NCBI GenBank assembly: GCA_963674785.1 | Contig: OY771555.1 | Span: forward strand, 736,001-800,000 | DNA from: Caldisericia bacterium | GTDB taxonomy: Bacteria; Caldisericota; Caldisericia; JAAYUI01 | Direction: 5' to 3' | DNA: 64,000 bases | Shown here: one piece after another, positions 51,073-61,255 of the stretch | How positions within the stretch are numbered: position 1 is the first letter of the stretch | How the letters are laid out: each line of letters begins with the position of its first letter | Notes under the pieces: model-generated | What the model saw: the letters and a program-made list of their open reading frames with translations, nothing else | Told to the model about the DNA's origin: nothing | Database searches by the model: none | Translations under genes and position numbers: made by a program

Positions 51073-51185
51073 TGTCATGCCCAGTCTCACATTCATCATC
51101 TCTTTCTTCCCGCCATTTCTGCTTCACCTTCCTACGTCATTCCCAGCTCTTCCCAACGTCTTCCCCGTGTAGACGGGGAACCAGG
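51073..51185 (+). repeat. CGTC-tagged REP-like palindrome cluster, left of the GIY-YIG gene
   Basis: Full unit CGTC-TTCCCCGT-GTAG-ACGGGGAA-CCAGG (51157-51185); partial units CGTCATTCCCAGCT (51135) and TGTCATGCCCAG (51073). Confidence 0.75.
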
Positions 51186-51261
51186 AAGCATCACCAAATG
51201 TGTATTTTATATTGACGCATTAATCCTCGATTTATGGTGAATTTGTGAGTACAGTATCTTT

Positions 51262-51552
51262 GTGAAGCAGCCTGCAGTCTACATTCTTGCCAGTAAGAAA
51301 AACGGAACTCTATACATTGGTGTGACAAGCAACCTGGTAAAAAGAGTTTGGGAACATAAAAATGATGTTGTCCCTGGTTTTTCCAAGCAATATAAAATTC
51401 ATACCCTGGTTTACTTCGAATTGTTTCCAAGTATGGAATCAGCGATTATAAGAGAGAAAAGACTGAAAAAATGGGAGAGAGCTTGGAAGATAAGGATTAT
51501 TGAAGAAAAGAATCCGAATTGGAATGATTTGTATGAACAGATTATTCGATAA
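51262..51552 (+). CDS. Small stand-alone GIY-YIG nuclease family protein (96 aa)
   Basis: AVYILAS...TLYIGVTSNLVKRVWEH...LVYFE...AIIREKRLKKW.RAWK...NPNWNDL; GTG start. Confidence 0.9.
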   Translation: MKQPAVYILASKKNGTLYIGVTSNLVKRVWEHKNDVVPGFSKQYKIHTLVYFELFPSMESAIIREKRLKKWERAWKIRIIEEKNPNWNDLYEQIIR

Positions 51553-51592
51553 GCTTAGTTACATCAATAATTTTTGATGTCGACGCAAACCT

Positions 51593-51750
51593 CCTGGATT
51601 CCCGCCTGCGCGGGAATGACGTAAGAACGTTATGGAGTAATGAAGAGTGGCATGTATTTTCAGTCAAGCTGGGTATGACAGAGGCTTAGGAAATGGATTC
51701 TACTCCGTCATTCCCAAATATGAGATCCCGGGTCTTCGCCCGGGATGACG
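51593..51750 (-). repeat. CGTC-tagged REP-like palindrome cluster, right of the GIY-YIG gene (inverted relative to the left cluster)
   Basis: Minus-strand CGTC-ATTCCCGC-GCAG-GCGGGAAT-CCAGG (51593-51621), CGTC-ATCCCGGG-CGAAGA-CCCGGGAT-CTC (51722-51750) and partial TGTCATACCCAGCT (51667-51680); plus-strand partial CGTCATTCCC (51706). Confidence 0.8.
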
Positions 51751-51761
51751 GGGGAGATTAT

Positions 51762-52583
51762 CTACATCATCCTCTTTGAAACTCTATCAAACATCCTATC
51801 CGAAAGAATCCTTCTGGCGAAAACCGCGGGTTTTGCACCAAAACCAACAAGATACCTTGTTTTTGGGTGTTTTGCAGTCACAGCTTTTCCGATTGTTTTT
51901 GAGATGAGGGTTGGCTCAGAAAGTTTACTGCTGCTGTACATCTTTTTCATTGCCTCTGCTTGCTTGGTTGCGGTGGCTTCATATGCCCCACCCTTGCTGG
52001 TTTTGATGAGGTTGTCAGCTGCAATTTCGCCCCAGTCGGTTTTGATTGCACCAGGTTCAACAATGATGATATCGATTCCATGAGGGGCAAGCTCCATCCT
52101 CATGCAGTCGCTGAGGGCTTCCACTGCAAACTTTGTGGCGTGATACCACCCACCAAAAGGAGAGTGCATTTTCCCGCCCATAGATGTGATGTTTACAATT
52201 TTCCCGAAGTGTTTTTTTCTCATCCCCGGTAATACCAGTTGTGTCATTCTCGCAAGCCCAAAAACATTGACATCAAGCTGTCTTCTTGCCTCTTCAAGTG
52301 GGACATCCTCAACTGCCCCGTATGATCCATATCCGGCGTTGTTGATGAGAACATCGATGCTTTCTTCATCAGATAAAATTGTGTCAACACAGTTTTTCAT
52401 GGACTGTTCATCTGTGACATCAAGCTTTATGGTTTTGATTCCCTTGGTCTCGAGGTCTTTCATTTTTTCTACACGTCTTGCGGCACCGTACACCTTAAAC
52501 CCTCTGTCCATCAGTTCTAATGCTGTGTAATAACCGATCCCACTGCTTGCCCCTGTCACAAGTGCCACTTTTTTGTTTTCCAT
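51762..52583 (-). CDS. Short-chain dehydrogenase/reductase (classical SDR)
   Basis: TGASSGIG cofactor motif, NNAG, catalytic S...YHATK; SD AAGGAGAG. Confidence 0.92.
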   Translation of the reverse strand: MENKKVALVTGASSGIGYYTALELMDRGFKVYGAARRVEKMKDLETKGIKTIKLDVTDEQSMKNCVDTILSDEESIDVLINNAGYGSYGAVEDVPLEEARRQLDVNVFGLARMTQLVLPGMRKKHFGKIVNITSMGGKMHSPFGGWYHATKFAVEALSDCMRMELAPHGIDIIIVEPGAIKTDWGEIAADNLIKTSKGGAYEATATKQAEAMKKMYSSSKLSEPTLISKTIGKAVTAKHPKTRYLVGFGAKPAVFARRILSDRMFDRVSKRMM

Positions 52584-52878
52584 GAATAAACTCTCCTTTG
52601 TCCCTTTACTGTAAAATACTAATATAAAAAACCCAGAATAGGATTAACATCCCTCATTTAGGGTTGAGTTTTTTCAAGCTCTAAAACTAGTTATCAAAAA
52701 TCAACCAAATAATGCCCATTTGTGAAATATGTTAATTTATGATATAGTCTCCGGGTATGGTGAGTTTAGTAGATTTTTCAGGTGACAATGTGTGAAAGGC
52801 AAGACTTCGTAATCTGAGTCTTTTGGTGCAGGCTGATTTTAAAAAGTGTAACCAATAAAATGCAACAGGAAACGATTC

Positions 52879-55800
52879 GTGATAATAGATTCTCGATTTG
52901 AAATAATCAGAAAACTTGGTCAGGGTGGAATGGCTGAAGTCTATCTTGCAAACGATATTAACGATGGCTCTGATGTTGCTCTTAAGATGACGACGCCAAA
53001 ATCAGAGGCACTGAAAAACCGATTTATTCGGGAGATTAAGATACTGGCAGAGGTTAACCATGAGAATATTGTAAGGTTGATCTCGAGTGGAAGTTTTAAT
53101 AATAACCTCTGGTACGCAATGGAGTATATTGAGGGCAAACAGTTCACTGACTGGTTTTTTAGTTCGGGGAACATTGATTATATCCAAATCGCAAAAATCG
53201 TTTCAAAGATAGCCTCTGCACTCGATATTATTCACAATATTGGAATCATCCATCGCGATTTGAAACCGGAGAATATTCTTGTCCGAAATAATATCCCTAT
53301 CGTTGTGGATTTTGGTGTTGCACACATAAAGAATAATGACCAGATTACAAAGCTGACCAGAGCGGGTTCCATGGTTGGTACGGTACAATATATGTCTCCC
53401 GAGCAGGTCACGGGAAGCAACATTGATGGCCGGTCGGACTTGTATTCACTTGGTGTGATAATGTATCAGATTTTGACAGGGGAGCATCCATCTGAGGCTG
53501 ATGAGCTTCCGAGGCTTATCATGAGGATTCTTCAAGAAAGACCCATAAGACCAACCGCTATTAATCCCGATATTCCAAAAGACCTTGAACAGATTGTGAT
53601 GAAGCTCCTTGAGAAAAATCCAGATATAAGGTTCAAATCAGCAAAAGAACTAGAATTCGCACTTCTGCAGTTTGCAGGCGGAATGGGGGTTGAAAAATCT
53701 GACCATCAATCTCCATTGAGAAGTGTCGCAAAAGCCGAGATTCCACTGATTGGAAGAAGTCGAGAGTTAAACTCTTTTTCGCTCTTGTTGCATGCGGCAA
53801 GAGCAGGGCAGGGACAGGTCGCCCTCGTCTTGGGTGAAAAGGGGTTCGGGAAAACCAGACTTGTTGAAGAATTTAAGCTTGTCGCATTATCCGAGCTTTC
53901 GAAATTTTTGACGTGTTCTAAACAACCTGAAGGCAGTTCGAGGCCTGCAATATCAGCGATTCTTGATAGACTTGCTGATTATGATTTTTCCTGTGATCAT
54001 GACCTTATCAGGAAACATCCACACATGATACGAAGTCTGTCTCCAAAACTAGCAGATGTTTTGGGGATTGAAAAAGATCCTCCAAATATCCAGGATAGAA
54101 ATGACGTTCCTTTTGTCATCTCTGAGCTACTTGCATCTGCGTTCCCAGAGATTCCATCAATTTTTGCATTTGAGGATGGGCTTGATGAGTTGTCGCTTTC
54201 TGTTGCATTTGAGCTTGCAAGAAAAACTACCGATAAAAAGGTTATTGTTTGTCTCATCTCAAAAGAAAAAACTGAGTTGGAGCCATGGACAGAACTTCCG
54301 AACTATACTGAGATTCAGTTAAAACCATTCACGGAAAACCAAGTGGAAGAGCTTGCAAACCATGTTTTAGGTCGAAAGCCTTCTGATTCAGAATTGTTAA
54401 GGGTAAAAAACACTTCAAAGGGAAGCCCATATCTTGCGATTCAGATTCTTTCAGCGATAAAAAATGAGAGCAAAACAATTTCCACCGCTTCAATCCCGGT
54501 TGATATCGAATCAGTTTACAAAGCGAATCTGGAAAAACTCGAAGCAAATTCGAGTGGTCTTTTGCATATTTTGTCTTTGATCTCTAGGCCAATCCCTTTA
54601 TCCTTGCTCAAACCATTATCAAGGCTTTCAGGAAATGAATTCCAAGACGCATACGAAGTGCTTGATGGATTTGACTTGATAACCGAGAAAAACAGTGGAA
54701 GAGGTCTTGAGATTCAGTTAGCTACTGAAACCTTGAAAGATATTATTCTTCCAACAATTGAAGGGCAGTACTTAAAAAAACTCCATCTAATGATTGCAAG
54801 TACTCTCGATATTTTTTATTCTGGAACCAAGAACCCAGATGTTTTGGCGAGTATTGGAAGACATTATTATGATGCAGGAGATATTGAAAATTCTGCGAAA
54901 TACATTGTAAAGTCGGACACAATGCTTCGAGAGCTTGGATACGGTACAAATGTATTGGGAGTAGCGGAATTATTTAGTGATAAACTAGATGAGATTAGAA
55001 ATATAGATACTTTGGCAGATGTCTTAATTAGGATTATCACAATACTCTCAACGGAATCAAAGCTAGAAGATACAGAAAGAATCATTCATAAGTTTGAAGA
55101 GCTTGAACAAAAACGTAGTTTTAGTGAACAACAGTTAGTATTGATTTTCTTTGAAATATCTGAGGCATACAGAAGGTTTTGGTTGATTCCTAAATCAGTA
55201 GAGTATCAAAGAAAGATTGAACCACTTCAGGAATTCACAGATGATGATTCGAAGAGGAAGATCATTTCTGTAAAGATGGAGATTGCCATAGATCAGGGTG
55301 ATATTGAAAAACTTGGAACTCATATTGAAGAATTTCAGGATTTACTCAAAAGGACAAAGGCAGATGAAAATAGCCTGATAATGTTCCATCAGTTTAAGGC
55401 AATTTATCATGTAGAAACGGGTGATGGGGATGGAGCGATTGGTGAGTTTTTGAAAGCTCTCGATATTGCTCGCGAGATCAATAAGAAACACAGTGAGATG
55501 GGTATCCTTAGTAACATTGGATATGCATATGCCGTGGTTGGAGAACCTGAAAAAAGTGTAGAATATCAGAAGCAAGCCTTAGAGCTTGCGAAAGAACAAA
55601 AAGATGAAAGCCAGCAAATACATATTCTGCGGAATGTTAATGGCACATATGTAAGTATGGGTGATGTATCACAGATTAGGCAATCACTAGCCATGTTCCG
55701 GGAGTTATTAGAAAAAAGATCATTTTCAGATCACAATCTAGCATGGATTAAACCACATCTTTTTGTGAAGTGTCTCGAGGGGGAATGCGATGGGATTGAG

Positions 55801-56484
55801 GGTCTTCTTGAGGATTACAAGACGAAGGCTCTTGAACTAAATCAATCATCGTGGCTCAGGCAACTTTATATGCACGAAATGTTTTTCTTGTTCCACAGCA
55901 AAAAGCTAAAAAAAGCCAAGATTTTTGGTGAACAAATAAAGTACCTGCTTTCAACTCTAAAAGATGATCCGGTAGATGCTGATATTTTCGATGTAAACCA
56001 TTATCTGATTGTTTTGAGCATTGAACTTGATGAGAACATTGCTGAGGCGAACAAACTACTTTCGGAAAGCAGAGAGCTTGCGAAGAAAAATAGTTGGCCG
56101 GTACGATCATTTATTCTAAAATATCTGAATGCACATATACACTATGCAAAATCGTGTGTAAAACCATTGTTCGGATCTAAAAAAACCTTTGATTCGAATT
56201 CGTGGAGGATTGCATATCTGGATATTTTGGATGTCTTTGAAAAAACTAAAGCTAGGGAATTTGTTTTAAGTACTATTCCTACTGATTCGGTGTTCCTCTT
56301 TGCAAAGCTCATTGTTCTTAGAATGAATCACGATAAAAAGATGGATAAAGTCGAACGGAGACAGATATTTGAACAAGCTGTAAAACAGATAGAATGGCTT
56401 CTGGAAAGATATAGAAAGTATAATTTTAAATATAGGCAGTCCGAGATAATTGACCTGAATAATGAGCTGATAAGGCTTATGTAG
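52879..56484 (+). CDS. Ser/Thr protein kinase fused to an AAA-type ATPase and TPR repeats
   Basis: LGQGGMAEVY, VALK, HRDLKPEN, DFG, GTVQYMSPE; LIGRSREL...GEKGFGKT Walker A; C-terminal TPR-like helices (LSNIGYAYAVVGEPEKSVEYQKQALELAKE). Confidence 0.9.
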   Translation: MIIDSRFEIIRKLGQGGMAEVYLANDINDGSDVALKMTTPKSEALKNRFIREIKILAEVNHENIVRLISSGSFNNNLWYAMEYIEGKQFTDWFFSSGNIDYIQIAKIVSKIASALDIIHNIGIIHRDLKPENILVRNNIPIVVDFGVAHIKNNDQITKLTRAGSMVGTVQYMSPEQVTGSNIDGRSDLYSLGVIMYQILTGEHPSEADELPRLIMRILQERPIRPTAINPDIPKDLEQIVMKLLEKNPDIRFKSAKELEFALLQFAGGMGVEKSDHQSPLRSVAKAEIPLIGRSRELNSFSLLLHAARAGQGQVALVLGEKGFGKTRLVEEFKLVALSELSKFLTCSKQPEGSSRPAISAILDRLADYDFSCDHDLIRKHPHMIRSLSPKLADVLGIEKDPPNIQDRNDVPFVISELLASAFPEIPSIFAFEDGLDELSLSVAFELARKTTDKKVIVCLISKEKTELEPWTELPNYTEIQLKPFTENQVEELANHVLGRKPSDSELLRVKNTSKGSPYLAIQILSAIKNESKTISTASIPVDIESVYKANLEKLEANSSGLLHILSLISRPIPLSLLKPLSRLSGNEFQDAYEVLDGFDLITEKNSGRGLEIQLATETLKDIILPTIEGQYLKKLHLMIASTLDIFYSGTKNPDVLASIGRHYYDAGDIENSAKYIVKSDTMLRELGYGTNVLGVAELFSDKLDEIRNIDTLADVLIRIITILSTESKLEDTERIIHKFEELEQKRSFSEQQLVLIFFEISEAYRRFWLIPKSVEYQRKIEPLQEFTDDDSKRKIISVKMEIAIDQGDIEKLGTHIEEFQDLLKRTKADENSLIMFHQFKAIYHVETGDGDGAIGEFLKALDIAREINKKHSEMGILSNIGYAYAVVGEPEKSVEYQKQALELAKEQKDESQQIHILRNVNGTYVSMGDVSQIRQSLAMFRELLEKRSFSDHNLAWIKPHLFVKCLEGECDGIEGLLEDYKTKALELNQSSWLRQLYMHEMFFLFHSKKLKKAKIFGEQIKYLLSTLKDDPVDADIFDVNHYLIVLSIELDENIAEANKLLSESRELAKKNSWPVRSFILKYLNAHIHYAKSCVKPLFGSKKTFDSNSWRIAYLDILDVFEKTKAREFVLSTIPTDSVFLFAKLIVLRMNHDKKMDKVERRQIFEQAVKQIEWLLERYRKYNFKYRQSEIIDLNNELIRLM

Positions 56485-56784
56485 GTTTAAGAGTCTCTCT
56501 GTTTCGAGGTTATTATCTTTTTTTGTGATAATACACATATGTTAAATCTGATTGCTTTCATAAAGTGTGTTAAATAGTCAATTCTGCTTCTTTCATCATC
56601 ACAATTAGCCATGTTTCTATGATTATTCCACCGGTTTAAGCAACACAAAAAAAGAACAAACTAGGACTTGAAATTGAAAATTGAAATCATAGACTATCGG
56701 CTTGCCCGGTTGAATCTTTTGAAAACACAATTTTGGGGATAGTTCGGGTACCATTGTAGTGTCTATCCCCCTTCCTTTTGTTCA

Positions 56785-57819
56785 TTAACAGATCAGATTA
56801 TAGATCGATTTGTAGTCTCGCTCCATGCTTTTGAGAACCTTGATGTCTGTAAAGGTGCTGATCTCCTTAACAACAAGCGGAGAGCTTGAACATAACCCTG
56901 AAATAGCGTCTGGAACAAGCCCAAACCTACTTTTAAGAATCTCAATTCCACCACTTACACCTGCTGCGTCACTTGCACAAAAAATCAGTTTGTGAATTCT
57001 CTTTTGAATATCAGGGTGTGATAAAAGCATAGCAGTTTCACGTTGAAGGATTCCATCAGCGAATTCAAAGACAAGATATTTTTTTGGATTGTTCCCATAT
57101 TTTTTGTCCACACTGTTGAAGATATTGAGAAGATCATCCATCTCCAGCATGTAGGTTGATGGATATCCAAAATAAGTAAAATCAGCGATGTGCTGGGCAC
57201 CACAATCCTGCATCAAAAGAATATCTTTCAGGCTTGCAGTCCCTGTTATTTTTGCTGCTCTTACGGTTTTGTCCATAGAGGCTATCGCATAACAACAGGC
57301 TGCTGCAGTGTAGCTTTTTCCTGAGTTCATAGATGTTCCAACACAAAGAATCAGCTTCGACCTGTTGGATGTTTTTGTTTTTTCCTTTGGTTTTATGAGT
57401 ACATGATGGCGGGTGTTTATTGGGTTTCCCTCAACATCACAGATATATCCAAGAACCTTGATCTGTGTTGGAGTAGCGATCAAATCGTTTTGATGTGAAA
57501 CTTTGCCCACCACTCCGCCTCGTGCTAAAAGGTCAACAACATCAAGATCCTCCTCTGGCACAAAACCCTCATAGTGGTCTGTTGCGTATCTGTTTCCGTA
57601 CACAAAGACTGCTCTTGTTCGGTCATGAATCATGTGGATTCGTGCGGAGATGCTCTCAAGTGATACGTGAAAACCGAGACTTGCAATTTCACCATAAATC
57701 AGGTCTCCGACCTGTGGGACTCGGTCTGGAATCTTTATATAGTTTTTGACTAGCTTCCTCGGAACAGAACAAGCAGCGCTTGGGATAATGCAACTTTGCC
57801 TTATCTTCTTTATCATCAT
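56785..57819 (-). CDS. DUF1611-like P-loop NTPase protein (344 aa)
   Basis: Start moved to the ATG at 57819; YGNRYA, VGTSMNSGKS, AAKITGT, FGYPSTY and EFADGILQRETA motifs. Confidence 0.7.
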   Translation of the reverse strand: MMIKKIRQSCIIPSAACSVPRKLVKNYIKIPDRVPQVGDLIYGEIASLGFHVSLESISARIHMIHDRTRAVFVYGNRYATDHYEGFVPEEDLDVVDLLARGGVVGKVSHQNDLIATPTQIKVLGYICDVEGNPINTRHHVLIKPKEKTKTSNRSKLILCVGTSMNSGKSYTAAACCYAIASMDKTVRAAKITGTASLKDILLMQDCGAQHIADFTYFGYPSTYMLEMDDLLNIFNSVDKKYGNNPKKYLVFEFADGILQRETAMLLSHPDIQKRIHKLIFCASDAAGVSGGIEILKSRFGLVPDAISGLCSSSPLVVKEISTFTDIKVLKSMERDYKSIYNLIC

Positions 57820-57966
57820 TTCACGACCTTCCTGTCTGGGCCACAAAACGCAAAAATTAGTGATGCAATGATATGTAAAGTTGCCTGTTTGTCAATTGCC
57901 ATTTTTTGCAAAAAAACTGCTTTGAATGTATAATTTAAAAAGACAAAAAAAGACAGGTGGTGCTTC

Positions 57967-59601
57967 ATGAAAGTATCGATGAAAATGATTTTTGTGCTTA
58001 TCCTAAGTTTCATTTTATTATTGTCGGTGACATCATTTTTGGGATGTGGTGAAGAGAAAAAACCAGAACCTGAAAAAACTACAGAAGTTATTGATGAAAA
58101 AAATGAAGAAACAAAATCACCTGTAGAGACTGATGAAACGGTAACAGACGAAACTTCTGACTCTGTGGAAGAAGTTGTCTTAGTGCCTGATGAGGTGACC
58201 TCTGGATCATCACCAGATATTGATGTTTTCTGGTTCGACACAGGCACACGAGAGATTGATATAAGCCTTTATCCATGGGAGAAAACGATATTTCCGATCA
58301 CTCTCATAAATAATTCTGATGACGATGTCGCCCTGGATTTTGACTGTGACAATCTCTGGGTATTTTATAATGGAGTTTCCAGCCTTTTTAATGATCCTCT
58401 TATTTTTACACCAGACTTTGAAAACACAATCAATCTGCCGATAAGCTTTTCGATGCAGTCAGATCCATACGGCACCGGCACAGAAACAGTTGAGATTTTG
58501 ATTTCAAGTTCTGAAAACTCTGAGCCGATTGTTTTATCAGCAAACCTTACCGCAAAAAATACAGACCATATTCCGCTTGCAAGAGAAATCTGGAACATTG
58601 AAATTGACGCGGGTGAGGGAGGGATTTATCAGACTTTCGCAGATAATGAAAACCTTATTGTGGTTTTAGATACCGTAAGGGAAAACATGATTCCCGAGGA
58701 ATATATCTGTTTTGATGCTGAAACTGGCATCCAGAAATGGAAACTCGAAAGAGTTGATGATACTGAAGGTTTTTACGGAGACGAATCCTACGCCTACAAA
58801 GCCTTTTACAAACCAGAAGAAGAAAAGCTCATTGTTTTTGAAAGCACCAAGATAATCTGCATAAACACTGGCAGCGGAGAGATGCTTTGGGAAACTGAAA
58901 ACACCATCAATCATAATCTATTTGAAACAGAGATGTTTGGTAGTGTTGCTGTTATTTCGGATATTAGCTTTGATGAGCAGATGAACATGACAAAAGAACC
59001 GGGGCTGATTCTTGAATTCAACCTCGAAACCGGAGAGTACTGGGCGACAGAAGATGTTCCAGAGGGTTATATCTTTGATGAAAAAAATGATGTGATGCTT
59101 AATTGGTCTGATGAAAATCAAGATAATCTGGTGATGAATGAAGACTATCTCTCTGTGAATTATGATGGAGTAGACGGACTCAGTTTTGGTTTCCTGGGTA
59201 GGTACATGATTCTTGATGACAAACTATACCAGACTGCAGCAACCTTTGAGATGGGGGATTTCTATTATCATACATCATTTGTCTGTTACGATAGGTTTTC
59301 TGGTGATGAACTCTACTTCTGGGATTTTGGTGCGGCAGCCCCTCACATGCAGCAGTATCAGATATATTATCCCTGCACAACAACACTCTGGTCATTTGGT
59401 GACCGACACCACGTGTTTTGCGGAAACTATATTATGAGCGCGGGGACAGGAGAACTTGAATATCTGCTTGACAGGAGGGAGTACCCAAATCAGCTGAGTG
59501 CCTCTGTTTATGCTGATTCAGTTTATAGCTGGGAACAAGCCGATGGTCAGGAATATGGTCTTGGTGGGATACTTATCCTGCGGAAGTTTGGTTTGGAGTA
59601 A
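57967..59601 (+). CDS. Acidic lipoprotein with an Ig-like domain and PQQ-like beta-propeller repeats
   Basis: Lipobox FLGC, acidic linker, ICFDAETGIQKW and ICINTGSGEMLW repeats. Confidence 0.7.
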   Translation: MKVSMKMIFVLILSFILLLSVTSFLGCGEEKKPEPEKTTEVIDEKNEETKSPVETDETVTDETSDSVEEVVLVPDEVTSGSSPDIDVFWFDTGTREIDISLYPWEKTIFPITLINNSDDDVALDFDCDNLWVFYNGVSSLFNDPLIFTPDFENTINLPISFSMQSDPYGTGTETVEILISSSENSEPIVLSANLTAKNTDHIPLAREIWNIEIDAGEGGIYQTFADNENLIVVLDTVRENMIPEEYICFDAETGIQKWKLERVDDTEGFYGDESYAYKAFYKPEEEKLIVFESTKIICINTGSGEMLWETENTINHNLFETEMFGSVAVISDISFDEQMNMTKEPGLILEFNLETGEYWATEDVPEGYIFDEKNDVMLNWSDENQDNLVMNEDYLSVNYDGVDGLSFGFLGRYMILDDKLYQTAATFEMGDFYYHTSFVCYDRFSGDELYFWDFGAAAPHMQQYQIYYPCTTTLWSFGDRHHVFCGNYIMSAGTGELEYLLDRREYPNQLSASVYADSVYSWEQADGQEYGLGGILILRKFGLE

Positions 59602-59629
59602 GGACATCCCATCAAATAACTGATTTGCT

Positions 59630-61141
59630 TTATTGTTCGGGTGCTGGGTTTGCCTCAGTTTCTTCCTTGTATGGAGTTCCATCAGCACAAACCCACTGTT
59701 TGCCGTTCCATTTGATGTATAAAATCTCACCATCAAGGGGGAATTTGTAACTTTTTGTCCACATGAGGTGAAGATTATTGTTGTTATCAAGAGACATTGA
59801 GAGATGACCGGAAAAATCATCTTTTTTAGTTAAGTACTGTCTACCAAACCATCTGTTCCATCTTTCTTTATTATGGTTTTCCCAATACTCACCATTCCAT
59901 TTTATGTATGTGAGCACATCATCGACTTCATCATACCACACTACATGAGGGTTATGGTTTGAATCTAGTACAGCTACTAAATCATCCAGGTTGCAACAAT
60001 CAAGCCTTTTTTCTGTGAATACTTTTTCATTGTTCTCGGTCTCTTCGTAATACCAAAAATCATATTCCTGATTTTCCCATTTATTATCAACATATTTCGA
60101 ATGAAACACACCATCACTATATTCAGAATAAAAGAGATTTGGCACGTTGTTTTCATCAAAAAGTAATGAGTAAGAGGTTGCCCTTACCGGAAATCCTTCT
60201 TCACCCAAAATAAATTTGTCCATATATTCAAAAGGTAACTTTGTCGAATCATATGGTGACCCATCCATTAACTTCCAGTTCTCACCATCAAAACTTACGA
60301 TTACTGGACTGTTGTTCCTTCTTCCATAGGTCTTATTATCATGCCAAAAATCTTCTGTCCATGAGACATATGGGATACCATTTCTGTCAAAATCTATTTT
60401 TGGGTCTGATACATTGTAGTAAAATGACTCATCAGCTATAAACGAGTTTATAGCTGCATTGTTTGTTTGTGAGTCATATATTTCACCATTTGCATTGACC
60501 CAGTTTTGGCCGTCCCAATGAATATATTTAATCCCATCAATTTCTATCTTCCCGAGACGGTCATTGTGCCAAACAATGTGTGGGGAATCATCCTCATCAA
60601 GGGTAAATGAAATGTCTAGGGATTCCGACTCAAATGTGTAGCTTGTCATCCTGGCATTTGATGAATCATCAGCCATGATTTCACCCGCTGCTGTTACCCA
60701 ATTCTCTCCGTCCCATTTTGTATAATAAATATTTTGCACATCTCGGAATGGGGCTCCTCCCTCTTTTGTATCTTGGTCACGCTCTGCTGTCCAGATGATG
60801 TGGGGATTGTCTTTTGAATCAATTTTTATTTTTGGATAGAGTTCCCACAAATCGCTCTTTGTCATAAAACCAATGTTTTGACCTCTTTTTTTGATGGGTT
60901 CATAGATTTCTCCAGATGCTGTTAGACATGTGTTGTCCACAATCTTTACGTATACAATCTGTCCATCTTCACTCCACACAAGGTGAGGGATACCTTTTGA
61001 ATCGGTGTCCATCGAGTTACCATATGATCTCAGCAGACCACTACTTATGACACCAGGATTCAATTTGGAGCTCTGGTTGAAACATGAAGCGGATGAAACC
61101 ATCACTAAAAGCACAACAAAAATTCCCAAGATTTTTCTCAT
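59630..61141 (-). CDS. Putative lipoprotein with beta-propeller-like repeats
   Basis: Lipobox-like SASC; about six repeats of (L/I)DxxxxPH(I/V)xW...IxYxxWDGxxW. Confidence 0.7.
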   Translation of the reverse strand: MRKILGIFVVLLVMVSSASCFNQSSKLNPGVISSGLLRSYGNSMDTDSKGIPHLVWSEDGQIVYVKIVDNTCLTASGEIYEPIKKRGQNIGFMTKSDLWELYPKIKIDSKDNPHIIWTAERDQDTKEGGAPFRDVQNIYYTKWDGENWVTAAGEIMADDSSNARMTSYTFESESLDISFTLDEDDSPHIVWHNDRLGKIEIDGIKYIHWDGQNWVNANGEIYDSQTNNAAINSFIADESFYYNVSDPKIDFDRNGIPYVSWTEDFWHDNKTYGRRNNSPVIVSFDGENWKLMDGSPYDSTKLPFEYMDKFILGEEGFPVRATSYSLLFDENNVPNLFYSEYSDGVFHSKYVDNKWENQEYDFWYYEETENNEKVFTEKRLDCCNLDDLVAVLDSNHNPHVVWYDEVDDVLTYIKWNGEYWENHNKERWNRWFGRQYLTKKDDFSGHLSMSLDNNNNLHLMWTKSYKFPLDGEILYIKWNGKQWVCADGTPYKEETEANPAPEQ

Positions 61142-61147
61142 AAATTA

Positions 61148-61176
61148 AGTTTATTATTTTGTGTATAACTAGTCAA
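61148..61176 (-). promoter_or_regulatory. Sigma-70 promoter, leaderless lipoprotein transcript
   Basis: Minus strand TTGACT-17 nt-TAAACT, 6 nt before the ATG at 61141. Confidence 0.65.
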
Positions 61177-61220
61177 TTTCAAAAACATGAGACTTGTTTC
61201 TATCTTGTAAAATCTAGCTC

Positions 61221-61249
61221 TTGACATAATATTCCACTAGTGTTATATT
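61221..61249 (+). promoter_or_regulatory. Sigma-70 promoter, leaderless PadR transcript
   Basis: TTGACA-17 nt-TATATT, 6 nt before the ATG at 61256. Confidence 0.75.
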
Positions 61250-61255
61250 CCAATT

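Noticed and set aside
51073-51750. CRISPR array or IS element around the GIY-YIG gene
   Set aside because: Repeats are few, irregularly spaced and in both orientations, with no cas or transposase gene and no clear target-site duplication.
52745-52878. Riboswitch upstream of the kinase gene (hairpin AAGACTT/GAGTCTT)
   Set aside because: Only one short stem, and no conserved aptamer motifs that I can match.
61229-61252. ATATTCCA direct repeat around CACTAGTG as the PadR operator
   Set aside because: Plausible but short and AT-rich, with no second site to support it.
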